A stretch of 63,735 nt of DNA, filler included, from Lenisia limosa (GCA_001655205.1; 16 parts of 16 records of this genome joined end to end with filler, not necessarily neighbours in it), one strand, 5' to 3'; shown: positions 13,764-26,270, counted from the first letter of the whole stretch. Numbers and translations: made by a program. Notes: generated from the sequence alone by a model not told the origin.

Positions 13764-16204
13764 TCACACCTCCACGCTTTGTTTGCAGAGCGAAATGGTC
13801 TCCTTCAGCGCGGCAACTTCGTCGGAGGTGACAAGAGCCTGGTCGGCTTGTTTGAGTTTCGCCAGCTCGACTTGCGAATCTTGGAGCATGTGTTTGTACT
13901 AGGGAAATAAATGGGTGTGATGGAGGTGTTTGTACAGAGGGGGATAAATTGGTGTATTAATGTGTTTGTACTAGAGCTTCCCTTTCGGTTCCAAAAGCCG
14001 GCTAAATATCGATCTTTATCGGAGAGTTATCGAAGATTCAGCCATTTTTGGAACCGAATGTGAAGCTCCAGTTGATAAATTGGTTTAGATTGGAGAATGT
14101 GTTGGTAGTAGAGGAATAATGAACATACTAGAGGAGGGACACATGAGTGTATTACATTGCGGAATGCGATTTAGTTGATAACATTTAGTAATAGGGGAAT
14201 TTGTAACAATCCACACAGTGATAGACTTCAAAATAACAAAATAATAATAAAGCAGACAAAGCATAGCCCTCATCTATTTGAATAATATGCATAAAAAACC
14301 CGTCCCCCAACTAATAATCAACTCAACCGCCAGATCTCTATGATCCTTGTTTCAATAGAGACTTGACTGCAAAACAATCAACCCCCCCCCCCCCCCCCNN
14401 NNNNNNNNNNNNNNNNNNNNNNNNNNNNNNNNNAGCCGCATTGGCGCTCTACAAAATAAGGCAGGAATAGGACGCACAAGTGGATGCCAAACATACCTTC
14501 ATTAATAAGAATGATAATATTAATTGAAACATAATGGAGTTGCACAGTTCATACCTCTTTTGCTGTCAGAAATCGTTCTTCAAGCATGGTCCGAACTTCT
14601 ATTTCAGATTTTAAATCTTCTTCAAGCCTCTACAGGGGGGGGGGGGTAAAATTATGAAAGAAAAAAAAAAGGCCAAATCAACTCTGTTGGTGACAACACA
14701 CGAGAGNNNNNNNNNNNNNNNNNNNNNNNNNNNNNNNNNNNNNNNNNNNNNNNNNNNNNNNNNNNNNNNNNNNNNNNNNNNNNNNNNNNNNNNNNNNNNN
14801 NNNNNNNNNNNNAAAACACGATGATTGAAAACAGAAAAACAAAGTACCGCATCCCATCGCTCCAACAAAGCCCAAGCCAATCGCCTCTGCAGCACCGCAT
14901 CCCATCTCTCCCACGCCCACTAGTTTGCTTTCCAGCGTCGTCTCGGCCTTGTGCTTCCATTCCCTTATGATGTCACCAAGGTCGTTGGTCACTTTAGAGG
15001 CCTATGGAGAGAGTAAAATTGGAAAATTTATGAAGCAAAAAAGCCGTTGGCTGACAGCACACTATGGAGGGAGTAAAAGACAATTTTGAATCAAGAGAAA
15101 CAACAAAAAACACAAAGTATTAAAGAGTTATGAATCAATGAGGAGGAAAGTAGGAAGGGTGGAGGGAAAGTGGGGAGGGTGGAGGGGGAACAGCTTTTAT
15201 CGCGAACCAAAAAATAAAAAAAAACCCAAACAAAAAAACAAAAACGCAATAACGGAAATTTTTCAAACAAAATAAAACCCTAAACCAACTCTGCTGGATG
15301 TAGAGATGAGAAAAAATGTATATCTGGCTGAAGCATGGATATTGGATAATATATAAACTCATTTAATCATTTGCCGAAATTTCGTGAGGGTTTGATGGCA
15401 AAAGAATAAAAACAAAGCCTCACTACGCATCGACTTGGGGATTTTCATGTTTTATTTGGGTATCCCATAAAGATCTTCAAATTTCAAAATAATTACATGG
15501 GTTTCCCATGTAGATAAAGGGAATCCGAAGTCAATGCGTCCAAATACAGCGGGGGAAATTAATACAAGATATTGATTCGCAAAAACACCCCATATATAAG
15601 CTGTTTATATTTATTCCTTATATTAAGGATGGAGAGGTAGTAACTCGTTTTATAAGAGTATGCAGAAATACATATTCCCATTCCACCCTACTCGATAGAG
15701 GGAGGAGAAAGGGGTACAATAGACAATAATCCATGGATTATAGGTATTTTACACGATATAATATGCCCTAAGTTGGGCAAAGGAAAGAGGGGAGTAATAG
15801 ATGCGAGATCAGAGTTAATTTGGTGAACCTACATCTGAGGAAAACTGGGATACAATAGCGTCAGTATACTCAGTCTTGGCAAGCTCAATTTCAGAAGCAA
15901 TCTTCTCACGCTCTTCAGCAACTGCCTGGCTCACTCGTCGCTCAAGCGACTCATACAGGCTCTCTTTCTCCTTCTTAAGTTCTTCATTTTCCTTAGTCTT
16001 AGCTTGAAGCATCTGGTAGTTCTTCTGAAGCATGCTTTTCATCTTCTGATGTTTTTCTGCGAGAGAGTCGTCACTTGCTTGGGCGTGGGGCTTTTTTCCT
16101 GGTTTAACTTCTGCATCCATCGTTGATTGTAACAATAAATGGACCAAAACTGATAAAACTTGAAAACACCTTTTAACCTGTGTATTGGTCGCAGGGTCCC
16201 CCAT
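13764..16204 (-). CDS. Coiled-coil hypothetical protein, multi-exon
   Basis: Heptad-rich exons EKHQKMKSMLQKNYQMLQAKTKENEELKK..., ASKVTNDLGDIIREWKHKAETTLESKL|RLEEDLKSEIEVRTMLEERF..., YKHMLQDSQVELAKLKQ... The two exons flanking intron 14630-14920 join in phase 0. Confidence 0.65.
15424..15545. mobile_element. Family F MITE-like element (second, truncated copy at about 4205-4304)
   Basis: Inverted ends acgcatcgacttggg ... ccgaagtcaatgcgt. The copy at 4205 shares gcgcatcaacttagg and the ttccc/atg core. Confidence 0.55.
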
Positions 16205-16284
16205 TTCTTGTTTACTTAAATTGTTTTCATTATTTTGCTTCAGTCCCTTTCCAAGCCGCTTAATACTCTTTTGTTAGCAGCACC

Positions 16285-17917
16285 ATGGGTCGCAAGAAGA
16301 GAATCGGCCGTCGGCACTTCAAAGAAAAGGACGCCGTATGTTGCTTTCACCTCTCTTGCTTTCCTCGCTTTTCTTGCTGTTCTTTTTGACGTATATGTAG
16401 AACGACTACCGTTTCGAGAGATTCCAAGGAGATGCGGCTCAAGCAATCCTTGACCCCACTGTGTTTGATGAGTACGTGGAAGATCATATTTGTTCTTCTT
16501 CCTGAGCCATATACCACTGTTTTGCTCTTCTTTGTTTCATATTCTTTATTCTACTCTTCTTTTGTGACCCAATTAATGGAAGGGGTAAACAATATTTTCT
16601 TTGCTGCACAGATCTTGTCTTCTTGCCTGCTTTTGAAACCACGAGGCCTCACCAGATTGTTTTTGATAACAAGAATAATTTACATTCATAAAAGGGAAAT
16701 AAATAAATACTGGAGGTTTCATAATTAACCTGTTGCCTTTATTACTTGGACTCCGTGCTTCTCCGTGCAATTGATTTTAAAGGTGAATTTCCAAACAGAT
16801 TGCAATGAAAACTCCATTTCATATATTTACATTAACCATTTCCTCAAAATTTCGTTGCACGGAGTCCTACTTATTAATGTTCTGCTTCTTTGCAGTATAG
16901 TTCACCTGATACGGCTTTGCAGGTCATTAAAGCCCCCCTCCCCCTCTCCCCTCCATTTTAAATTGCAGGGACAGGCCTGAGCTTTGTTTCGTTTGTTTTT
17001 TTCAACCCTCGTGTGTTTCCCAATTGCTGAGCTCAGAGAGTTGATTCTGGCGTTTTGTAGTTTCATAAATTTCCAATATACTCAATTGAACACTGCTTTT
17101 AGGTTTTCTCTATCTCATCTACCACCATTATCCAATATCTCTGATAATAAGTGTGATGACGGCCTCAGCCAGATGACGCTTGTTTTTATTTCGCATTTCC
17201 GCCCATTTTAACATCGCAGCAAAGGCATTCTCTATGACGCTGAAAAAGCCGCTGCTGAGAGTGCACGTGATAAGGCTGAATATGAGGCGCTTAACACGCA
17301 GGAGCCTTCTAAGCTGTGGGTTCTTGGAGGTCAAGGGCCTCGCCACTTGTTTGTATTAAGTGATCGCATATAGTCTTTCCCTATGTCCGAAAAAGACCGG
17401 GTAAATATCGATATTTATCGGGGATTTATCGAAAAATTCACTTTTTTGGGACCGTAGGAAGCAGTAGCTATTGTTCTAAGCAATTGGGACAGATATCCGA
17501 CCAAACTTGCGGTGACATTTAAGCTACTTTCCCCCCTAGAATTTAACATAGAGTTTGGTCAGTACAAACTATCGAAAAGCATCGAGGATTTATCGAGTAT
17601 TTCAGTCATTGATGGATCGGAGTGAGGCCTGAACTATGAGCAAAGGGGCTGCGGTTTTATGAACCAGTATTTGGTTAAAAAAAATGTCCACGATTCATAT
17701 CATAGTTGATTTATAGGTCATATTTTTTTAAAAAAAAATGGCCCTCATTTTTCATAAATTTTCTACCTTATCTCACCTACCCCTAGGTCGAAGAAGAAGC
17801 AGAAGAGATTCGATCAACTTGAGAAGAAGCAGGAGCTGAAGAAGAAGAGGAAGCACATCATGGAGACGATTGAGTGGGAGAGGGACTTTCCTTTAACCAC
17901 AGAAGCCAGCATTTAAA
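16285..17917 (+). CDS. Basic, K/R-rich hypothetical protein, multi-exon; divergent from the coiled-coil gene
   Basis: caccATGg start, MGRKKRIGRRHFKEKDA|NDYRFERFQG..., KGILYDAEKAAAESARDKAEYEAL..., last exon SKKKQKRFDQLEKKQELKKKRKHIMETIEWERDF...*. Confidence 0.5.
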
Positions 17918-18157
17918 CCTGGGTGATAAAAGCAGGAAGAGACTAAATCGCTTGATATTTATTTAGTATAGTTTGTGTACTAATCATTATCATATAATCT
18001 GACATTATGTATAAGACTTGTATTCGCAGAGTATTACATATGACCGATATAGTATAATATGATAATGTAATAATATGATATTATTTTTTTTGCGTCATTC
18101 TTAATGTTAATGTCATGATGAACGAGGTTACTTCAACAAATTAGTAATTCATACTAC

Positions 18158-18203
18158 GAAACTGCGAATGGCTCCTTAAATCAGTTATCGTTCACTCGAT
18201 AGT
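18158..18203 (+). pseudogene. Isolated 46-nt fragment of 18S rRNA 5' domain
   Basis: gaaactgcgaatggctccttaaatcagttatcgttcactcgatagt closely matches the conserved eukaryotic SSU stretch GAAACTGCGAATGGCTCATTAAATCAGTTAT. Flanks are not rDNA. Confidence 0.75.
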
Positions 18204-19391
18204 GACCCGTTTTAGGAGTTCCGCCCTTTCAAAAGAAGCACAAGATGACTTGATCCCCTTCACTGCTGTGGCTATGGTAGAGGGGGGTTAACTTTTTTTG
18301 TTTCTCATGATTGTATGAAATACGTATGTTGAGGTCTATTTTGCACTTTAAGAGGTTTATAACATATATTTATTGGTATTATTTGGCCAAATTTGTTTGT
18401 GTTGAACATATATTGATATACCTTGCTTTCTTTCTTATTAAATAGTAAAACTTGGTGATAATTTCTCCAACTTGTTAAAATATGACTCCCCCCCTCCCCC
18501 CACTGAAATTTCAATAATTATTACGAAATTTATTTCAAATGAAAACCCCAGAGCCCTGANNNNNNNNNNNNNNNNNNNNNNNNNNNNNNNNNNNNNNNNN
18601 NNNTTAATTAATTAANNNNNNNNNNNNNNNNNNNNNNNNNNNNNNNNNNNNNNNNNNNNGTACACCCCCCACAATGAAGAGGTGCCCATAGTGACGCTCG
18701 AGTCTATGGGAGGATCAAAAACGGACTCATGGCTGCAGGCCGCAGCTAGATTACCAGGTAGGCCTGGCTTGATTATTGGGTCCGACTTGATTATTGGGTG
18801 GGGCTACTGATGTTAATAGCAAAAAGGGTTTTTTTTTTGTTTGTTTGTTTGCTTGTTTATTTCATCAATTCCATTCTCTTTTACACGCCGCTATGTACGC
18901 TTTCCTTTATTTCCTAACCCCCCAGGATGGGTGACCCACACCTCGTCCTTCAAACAAAGCTCACGATATCAGTTCCATCTTAAAAAGTAGTTGTAATGTA
19001 GCAGTAGATTCCATCCACGGATCCCATGAATACGGATGATATTATTTTCAGATTTTCACGGCTTTTCCATCCCTTTCCCCAGCGGTAAACTTATAATCCT
19101 GCCGAGGATTGTCTTGCCAATCACCCCCAACTCCTTGTAAAATCCGAAGGTAATGCACTCGTGCTCCGTTGAAACCTTAATTGTGATAGTAAACGGCCAG
19201 TGTTTTATGGAAAGGAGCAACATCTTCAATTCAAAATAATCAGAACAAACATCAAAGACCTTCATGGAAAGGGGCAGCATCTTCATTCAACATAATAATC
19301 AGAACAAACATCAAAGACCTTCCCAACCCGAATGAAGAACCTTAAAAATACATGATAAGATAATGCTACAGAGAAGAAAGATGGAAGAAAG

Positions 19392-20025
19392 CTATGCGCC
19401 CTTGAGGTAACAGAGCCACGGAGCAGGGGCCTTGTTGGAATGGATGGTGAGATGCGCGGTGGCGGCGGCGGCGGACGTGGCGTTGCTATCCTTTTTGAAA
19501 GTCACCGAAAGCTGCAGTGTTAACGTAAAGCCAATGTTTGATATTAAGGAAAAAGAAGTCTGGCCAAGAAGACAGTGGCATAGAAGAAAGTGACCCAATC
19601 GTTTAATGCAATTCCGTTTAATTTACAATTCCGTGTTACATAGAGCCGTAATCCCACCTGGACGGTCTGCTTCGGCTGGATAGTCTCCTGTGACGGTTTG
19701 ACAGTGAACATGGGGTTGTCTACACTGAATGTGTAGGTTTCGGGTCTTGCTAACACGGATCGGAAAGGAACCTTCACTGCCTGGCCGGATTTGACCACTA
19801 CGGGGCCCTATATGGGGTGAGCGTATTGGTCGGACAAGTGAATCGTTTCAGCAATATTGTAATGAGGAATTCCCTGCAGTCCGAAAAAGACTGGTTAAAT
19901 ATCGAAATGAAAATTCACGCAACCATGTATGAGTGGTGCTGTATGGCGGTATTGGGACAACCGTTTTAGCACCGTACAATATGCGCCCTTGCCAACCATC
20001 GGTTTCGGGAGGCCCGAAGAGCCCC
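19392..20025 (-). CDS. HYDIN: Hydin (central-pair protein) C-terminal exons, partial
   Basis: Spliced ...GLPKPM|GPVVVKSGQAVKVPFRSVLARPETYTFSVDNPMFTVKP...|LSVTFKKD...LTIHSNKAPAPWLCYLKGA*. Matches my recollection of the Hydin C-terminus (PKPQGPF..IPFKNVF..F.VDNPAF...WVYYLKG). Confidence 0.75.
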
Positions 20026-20125
20026 NNNNNNNNNNNNNNNNNNNNNNNNNNNNNNNNNNNNNNNNNNNNTTAATTAATTAANNNNNNNNNNNNNNNNNNN
20101 NNNNNNNNNNNNNNNNNNNNNNNNN

Positions 20126-21895
20126 CAGTACCCACCTGGGGGGGGGGTGAGTAAAATTGGGAAATTTATAAAACAAAAAAAGCCCAAAATCAACTGTGAG
20201 GGTTGATATCAACAAAAACAAACAAAGCCCAGGCCAGTCGCTCCGCATCCCATCAAGGGGGGTGGATAATGATGGTGCTATTAAAGCCAGGGGGGGTAGG
20301 GGGTAGCACAGATCGATTTAACCAATATTAAAAAACAAACAAAAAAGTTAGTTTATAAAAAAGAATAAATATTCGTACCTGGGGGCAGTAGCACAGGTCC
20401 AGATCCTCAAGATCAGTGACCTTGCCGCCGTACTGAATGGCAGTGGCGATGACGTCACAGCGGCGTTCAATGGACTTGGGCCCGACAAGCTGGGCTCCCA
20501 GGATGCGGCCGGTTTCCGGATCAAAGATCACCTAGGGGGTGAGAGAGAGAGAGAGAGGGATGATTTTAAAACATACAATTTCATATATGATATGCATATA
20601 GTATGTCATCCCAACGGTCCCAAAAAAGACGGAATCTCTCGATAAATATTTTAGACTTTTTTGAACCGTCAAAAAAAGCCCTACTTAACCACAGCCTTCA
20701 CACAGCTTCAATTCAGGACAAACCTTAGTGGCCATGAAGATAGCACCAGGGTAGTACTCAGCATGGTCGAAGGGGTGAAGGTGGACAACCTGGGGGAGTA
20801 AAATTGGATAATTTTTGAAACAAATAAAAATAAGCCTACAATCAACTCTGTTGGCTGACAACACAAGAGAGTTGATAACAACANNNNNNNNNNNNNNNNN
20901 NNNNNNNNNNNNNNNNNNNNNNNNNNNNNNNNNNNNNNNNNNNNNNNNNNNNNNNNNNGGTTACCTGTTCATAAAAGAGACCTCCTCACCTTGTGGTTGA
21001 TACCCATGTTTCTGCAGTCACGTTCATTAAGACCAGTGCAGGCGGCTCCGATTCCCAACGTGTAAACAACCTGGAAATTAGGAGGACGTTACAATGCGAA
21101 CTTGATAGAGTACTATATGGATCATTTAAGTTCACTGACGATTTCAGTATATTGAGGACCGAAGTAAAGCAAGTAATTAAGGGGGAAAAGTCCCGGACGT
21201 TCCCCTCTTACACCGGTTCCAAGGGCTCCAGGCATGGTCATTGGGACACCCATAGCATTAGCGCCTGCGAATATGAGAATGAACACATCTTTCTGCTGGG
21301 GGCTTTTTCGAACTAAAAGGAAGCCCCATGTAATTAATAAATCCGCAAGAAAAATCCTTCAAAGACCCCCTGGGTTCACCCTGCGAACTTCACTGGCGCT
21401 TCACTTTGATCATGAAAAGACAGATAATATATCGATCTGTATCGTATCGAGGAATCATAGGGAAGTCTTCTGTATTTAGAACCGGAGTGAAGCGCAATTT
21501 AACGTGTAATTTTTTCAAAAAAAAAGAGAAAAGATGTCAGAGAGCGAATCCGCAAGAAAAATCCTATAAAGTCCCCCTGGGTTCACCCTGCGAATTTCAC
21601 TGGAGCTTCACTTTGATCATGAAAAGACAGATAATTTATCGATCTGTATCGTATCGAGGAGTCGTCTGTATTTAGAACCGGAGTGAAGCGCAATTTAACA
21701 TGTATTTTTTTTCAAAAAAAAGAGAAAAGATGTAAGAGAGCGTTATGATGTATGTTTTCGTATTCTAGCCTAGTATGTATTTTGTTTATTGGTATTCTTC
21801 CTATTTGGTATTTTGTTATACGATGTATCATTGCGTACCAGCAACACGGCCCTCCTTGTTGGCAGGGGCGGCAAGGAAGTTACGTCCGCGCTCCC
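20126..21895 (-). CDS. Bacterial-type NADH oxidase / CoA-disulfide reductase family flavoprotein, C-terminal part, at least 5 introns
   Basis: Spliced GERGRNFLAAPANKEGRVAG|ANAMGVPMTMPGALGTG|VVYTLGIGAACTGLNERDCRNMGINHK|VVHLHPFDHAEYYPGAIFMATK|VIFDPETGRILGAQLVGPKSIERRCDVIATAIQYGGKVTDLEDLDLCYCPQ|VGT, the typical pyridine nucleotide-disulfide oxidoreductase dimerisation region. Confidence 0.9.
20137..20262 (-). mobile_element. Family A intronic element, unmasked reference copy (>20 copies in window)
   Basis: Consensus in gene sense: GATGGGATGCGGTGCTGCAGAAGCGACTGGCCTGGGCTTTGTT..GTTATCAACCCTCGTGTGTTGTCAGCCAACAGAGTTGATTTTGGGCTTTTTTGTTTCATAAATTTTCCAATTTTACTCCCCCAG. Other copies near 1480, 2680, 3630, 4050, 14630-14920, 15002, 16975, 20790, 21915, 42130, 43040, 43480, 44345, 46858, 47695, 53680, 54169, 55030, 55385, 56640, 60345, 62160, 62570, 62730, 63165. 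Confidence 0.92.
21340..21743. repeat. ~200-bp tandem duplication in an NADH oxidase intron, each unit holding a family-C-like inverted repeat
   Basis: aatccgcaagaaaaatcct...gagaaaagatgt(c/a)agagagcg occurs twice. Internal g(c/a)gcttcact...agtgaagcgc. Confidence 0.9.
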
Positions 21896-22877
21896 CTGAA
21901 GTGGCGTAAGGGGGAGGGGGGGAGTAAAATTGGAAAATTTATGAAACAAAAAAAAAAGAAGTCCAAAATCAACTCTGTTGGCTGGCAACACACGAGGGTT
22001 GATACCAACAAAACAAAGCCCAGGCNNNNNNNNNNNNNNNNNNNNNNNNNNNNNNNNNNNNNNNNNNNNTTAATTAATTAANNNNNNNNNNNNNNNNNNN
22101 NNNNNNNNNNNNNNNNNNNNNNNNNCCCCCCCCCACAATTCCGAGGCAATGAGTCAATCTCAATTTGATGCGTCCATACATCTGTATTATGATCTCCAAT
22201 AGTATATTTTACTATTAGATTGTCCGAATTGACCTGAACGAACCTCTGCCCGACACTTTCGAGTCCGCTTTTGTCCAAGCCGAATCCGAGGCTTTGAGCA
22301 GAACTGCGGTGGGACCCTTTTTGCTACATTTCTTGAATTGATTGACTCTTTTTTATTTAATATTTGATTATTTTTAAAAAAATAAATACATCTCCCCGGA
22401 TTATTTTGTTTACCCAAAAATGGCCCGATATTTACGAATTTAGAATAACCCGGCAGCAGTTCTCCCCCGCAAGCACGGTGTTTCGTTTAACGGCTTGAGA
22501 AAACTCTTCCTTCGCCCCAAATGCAAGCTCAGGAAACAGGTGGGGGTGAGGGTCTGGGGAAATTGCCGTCCTGGCAATGTTAATGTTAAGGTATGGACGA
22601 CTTTGGTTAAATGGTCTTCTCTTGTCTTGTTGGGAAAGAAATTTTGGGGTACCCTTTCATAGTTGAAGATTATCCTCCCATTTCCATAGAAGGCAAAACA
22701 CACAATACAACTAGTGATTCATGTATATATCCAAAGAAAAGACCAAAATACTCCATAATCCTCGAAAAATATCAATATTTTATGTCTTTTTTGGAATAAA
22801 GTGAAGCCCACGACGCCAAGACAATCAAACTGAATTTGAAGCCCAAACCACAAGACGCCAAGACAATCAAATTGAAT

Positions 22878-23680
22878 TTCCAGGTACTCGTTAACTCGAA
22901 AACGACAGAGCCGGCAGCTCTCGCAGTCTCTGCTCCTGAAGTGAACTTCCATCAGGTTCGAATTAGGACTATAAGGCCGCTGTTCGCTATACTGACTCAT
23001 ACATTCTTATTTCTCCCAATAGATTAGTATTCAATTTGACTGAAACGTCCTATATTTTACCAATTAGATTGCTGAGCAATTTGATGTGGAGCCGGAAGAA
23101 GAAGTTGAGGGCTTTGCTATCGGTAAGCTGGATGACCATATTACCTTTTTTATTTCGATTTTCTACATATCATATTGTTAAGGTAGTATGTGAAATATGG
23201 AGAATTTGGAATCCCATAATTGGAATGAAAACTCAAAGCGATATAAAGTTTAACTAAAAATCTAACGAAAAATTAAACAGACTTCCACTATAACACCCAA
23301 TTCAACAGACAAATTTACAGGCAATCTAACAGGCTTTTTAGATGACGGCTGCGATGACAACTTCAGTGATGGTGGCGACGGCGTGGAAGATATTATNNNN
23401 NNNNNNNNNNNNNNNNNNNNNNNNNNNNNNNNNNNNNNNNNNNNNNNNNNNNNNNNNNNNNNNNNNNNNNNNNNNNNNNNNNNNNNNNNNNNNNNNNNNN
23501 NNNNNNNNNNNNNNNNNNNNNNNNNNNNNNNNNNACAGCGTTTATTTTAGGCTTTTTTTTATTTCACAAAGATTCCTATTTCACTCCCGCCCCCAGGCGA
23601 GCTTGACCCTGACAAAGCCGTCGATATGGCTGAAGCTGCCCTCAACGGCCTCACAATGCTCGAACAGCCGCCCATGGTAC
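22878..23680 (+). CDS. Partial multi-exon hypothetical protein
   Basis: GT-AG bounded exons VLVNSKTTEPAALAVSAPEVNFHQ, IAEQFDVEPEEEVEGFAI, AFLDDGCDDNFSD, GELDPDKAVDMAEAALNGLTMLEQPPMV. Confidence 0.45.
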
Positions 23681-24040
23681 NNNNNNNNNNNNNNNNNNNN
23701 NNNNNNNNNNNNNNNNNNNNNNNNTTAATTAATTAANNNNNNNNNNNNNNNNNNNNNNNNNNNNNNNNNNNNNNNNNNNNTGGCCGAAGCCGTACCCATA
23801 TAGCTATATACGCGACATCTTCAAATCAAAGTGAGGGGTGCGGGGAGTAAAACATAACATTTGAGCAGAAAGGGAATAATAATACCATACAACACGTGCT
23901 GAGCTGTATTAAAAAACAAGGTACCCAAAAAATGTTACTCATAGATTATCCGTGAAACTGTAAACATACGATGGCAAAAAAGACATAGCCTGTAATAAGC
24001 ATTAACCAGCATGCATGATTTGATAGACCACCCCCGAAAC

Positions 24041-24767
24041 CTTCAGAGCCAGATCATCACTTTGCTGGGCCGCATAATCATAAATGGCTTTATGGGTGTC
24101 CTGTGACGCCGCTATTGTGTGAAAAGTAAGAAAAAGCCATAAATATTGTATCCCCCTCCACTCCCCATTGAAAACACATCTATCGGCAATTAAGTATTAT
24201 GAAAAAAAAATACCCCAACCATAACAGATAAACATTTTTAATTACAAAAAATAAGTACACCCCAACTAACCAGGAGCAGCAGCAGGCTTGGGGGCAGGCT
24301 TAGGGGCAGAAGCAGCCCCGAATCCACCCCTTCCTCCACGAGATGCGCCGCCAAAGCCGCCACGAGAGGGGGTTGACGAAGCTGAGGTCGGCGAAGAAGT
24401 GGAGCCTCCTCTTGTTCCCTGAAAGATATAAGCTCTGTACAGTTTTATTTTAAATAAAGTAATTAAACAGCCGCTTACACCGGCCGGAGATGCACCTCCG
24501 CGCTTTTTGAGTTGAGGGAATCCACCAGCGAAGAGTCCTCCTCCTCCACCCATCATAGGTGGTGCTCCACCGCCCATAGGTGCTCCTCCACCTCCACCAG
24601 GGCGAGATCCCCCTCCACCTCCGGACGAACCACCACCTCCAACTAAATGAAGTTAATATTACCTGTTTAAGGCTATGAAACAAACCTGAAGGCGCAGATC
24701 TGTCATTAGTTTCAGCTTTTTGAAGCTTTTTTCCCTTTTGAATCTGTGATAATAAAGAATTATTCAT
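24041..24767 (-). CDS. Verprolin/WIP-like WH2 actin-binding protein, G/P-rich, followed by the start of an SH3 domain; partial
   Basis: MNNSLLSQIQKGKKLQKAETNDRSAP (WIP-type WH2), GGGLFAGGFPQLKK (second WIP motif), and a downstream exon HKAIYDYAAQQSDDLALK (SH3 start). Confidence 0.75.
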
Positions 24768-25384
24768 TTTTGCGCTGTCACGGCAGGCAGCCGACTGTTT
24801 ATCCTTTCTCTATTGCAATTACTTACTAATACAGCTGTAATTATACTTAAAAGGTGTTTAAGACGTGAATGAACAAAAAAGAAAAAAGAGGGATTTTGTT
24901 TGCATATATTCTCCGGCCGCTCTACTTTTTTTGTTCCATGTCAGTTTTGTTGACCCGTTCCGTGGCATAATAGTATTTCCAGCTTATTTCCGTCACTTTC
25001 CCATCTTTATTTCACTTTTCTTTCTTGTCCCTTTCTGGCCAAATTGTCCAGCCAGGTCTGCTTCTCCCCGGCTCCCCAAAGTTGGCTGTTTAGATGTTTA
25101 GGTATGGTAATGGGTAATTGGGTAATGAATGGCTTCTTCGTCCTTCCCCTTCAGTGTCTCACAGTAGTATTTTTGTTGAACTAATCTTCAATAATAAGAT
25201 AGATTTACCAAACAAGCAACTTGTATAATAATGCTGAGGAACCGCCACATGGTTCTTAAATTATTGTTTTTTGTTTAATTTGAAGGCTAGGCGTAGGGGG
25301 AACTATCCACAAACAGGGTCAGGGTGGTTGGGGAGGAGGAGGGGAGGGGCAAGCAAATATTTCAAATTTAATGTTAATTTTAAG

Positions 25385-25760
25385 CAGATTCCTTGTTGGT
25401 AATATGGAGATAACTGCGTCATGATTGCAAATTCAGACATCTACCTGGCCATAGTAGTTTGAGGGAGTTGTTATTGTATATTTTTGGAATACTGTTAATT
25501 CTTAACGTTCTTAAACCGTTACAGACTTTACATGATTCCGAAATGTTCTGTTTTTGTAACAGCTGCTATTAATTCTTTTGGAACTTTATTCCTGACATTA
25601 ATTTAGAAAGAAAACCCAATTGTCGAGACGGTGCTGGTTGCACACAAGTTAGTGGATACTATGCTATTGGTTTGGGTAGCAGATTTTCATAACAATGTAA
25701 ACTTATTGCAAATTTAGAAAGGGTGCGATTTTCGCCATCCCCTCACTGACGTTAATAAGG
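25385..25760 (+). pseudogene. CCCH zinc-finger exons (C-x5-C-x4-C-x3-H), first finger apparently disrupted
   Basis: Spliced RKPNCRDGAGCTQ|KGCDFRHPLTDVNK is intact. The upstream finger reads IPCW*YGDNC...(frame change)RHDCKFRH. Confidence 0.35.
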
Positions 25761-26270
25761 TTCGCTTAATTGTAATTGTATCTTTCAACCAAATTTGTCA
25801 GTTTTGTTGTTTGAAAATATTTAGCGTCCAGTTTCATCGATATCCGACCCTTCTCCGCCTATAAAAAAAACAGAATTTTTCGAATTGTGTTTCTCATCTC
25901 TACTTCCAGACTTTCATAAGATGCAGTATAATCGCAACCCATCGCTGCTGCCTTGGTAACTCTAACCAGGATAATCAATCTCAGGGGTAGGGTTCTTCAA
26001 AATAGAGTTGCAGAAGCTAAAAAACGTAGCGAATGAGAGACTTTCTTTTGTGTTTGTGGAGACAAGACCATTCAGAATAGGAAAGGTGTATCATACAGAG
26101 GAGGGTATTATATGTATTATATCTACGCAGCAGGAAGTAATATTCATGCAAAAAGATATTAAGGCGAGAAGAAAAGAAGAGGAAAATTGAACAGATTTGG
26201 ACTTTACATGGTCATGAGAGGGTGAACAAAACTATCATTTATTTAATAATGTAAAAAAAAAATAAGTGCT

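Noticed and set aside
21340-21743. CRISPR-like repeat-spacer array
   Set aside because: Only two ~200-bp tandem units, no unique spacers, no cas genes, eukaryotic intron context.
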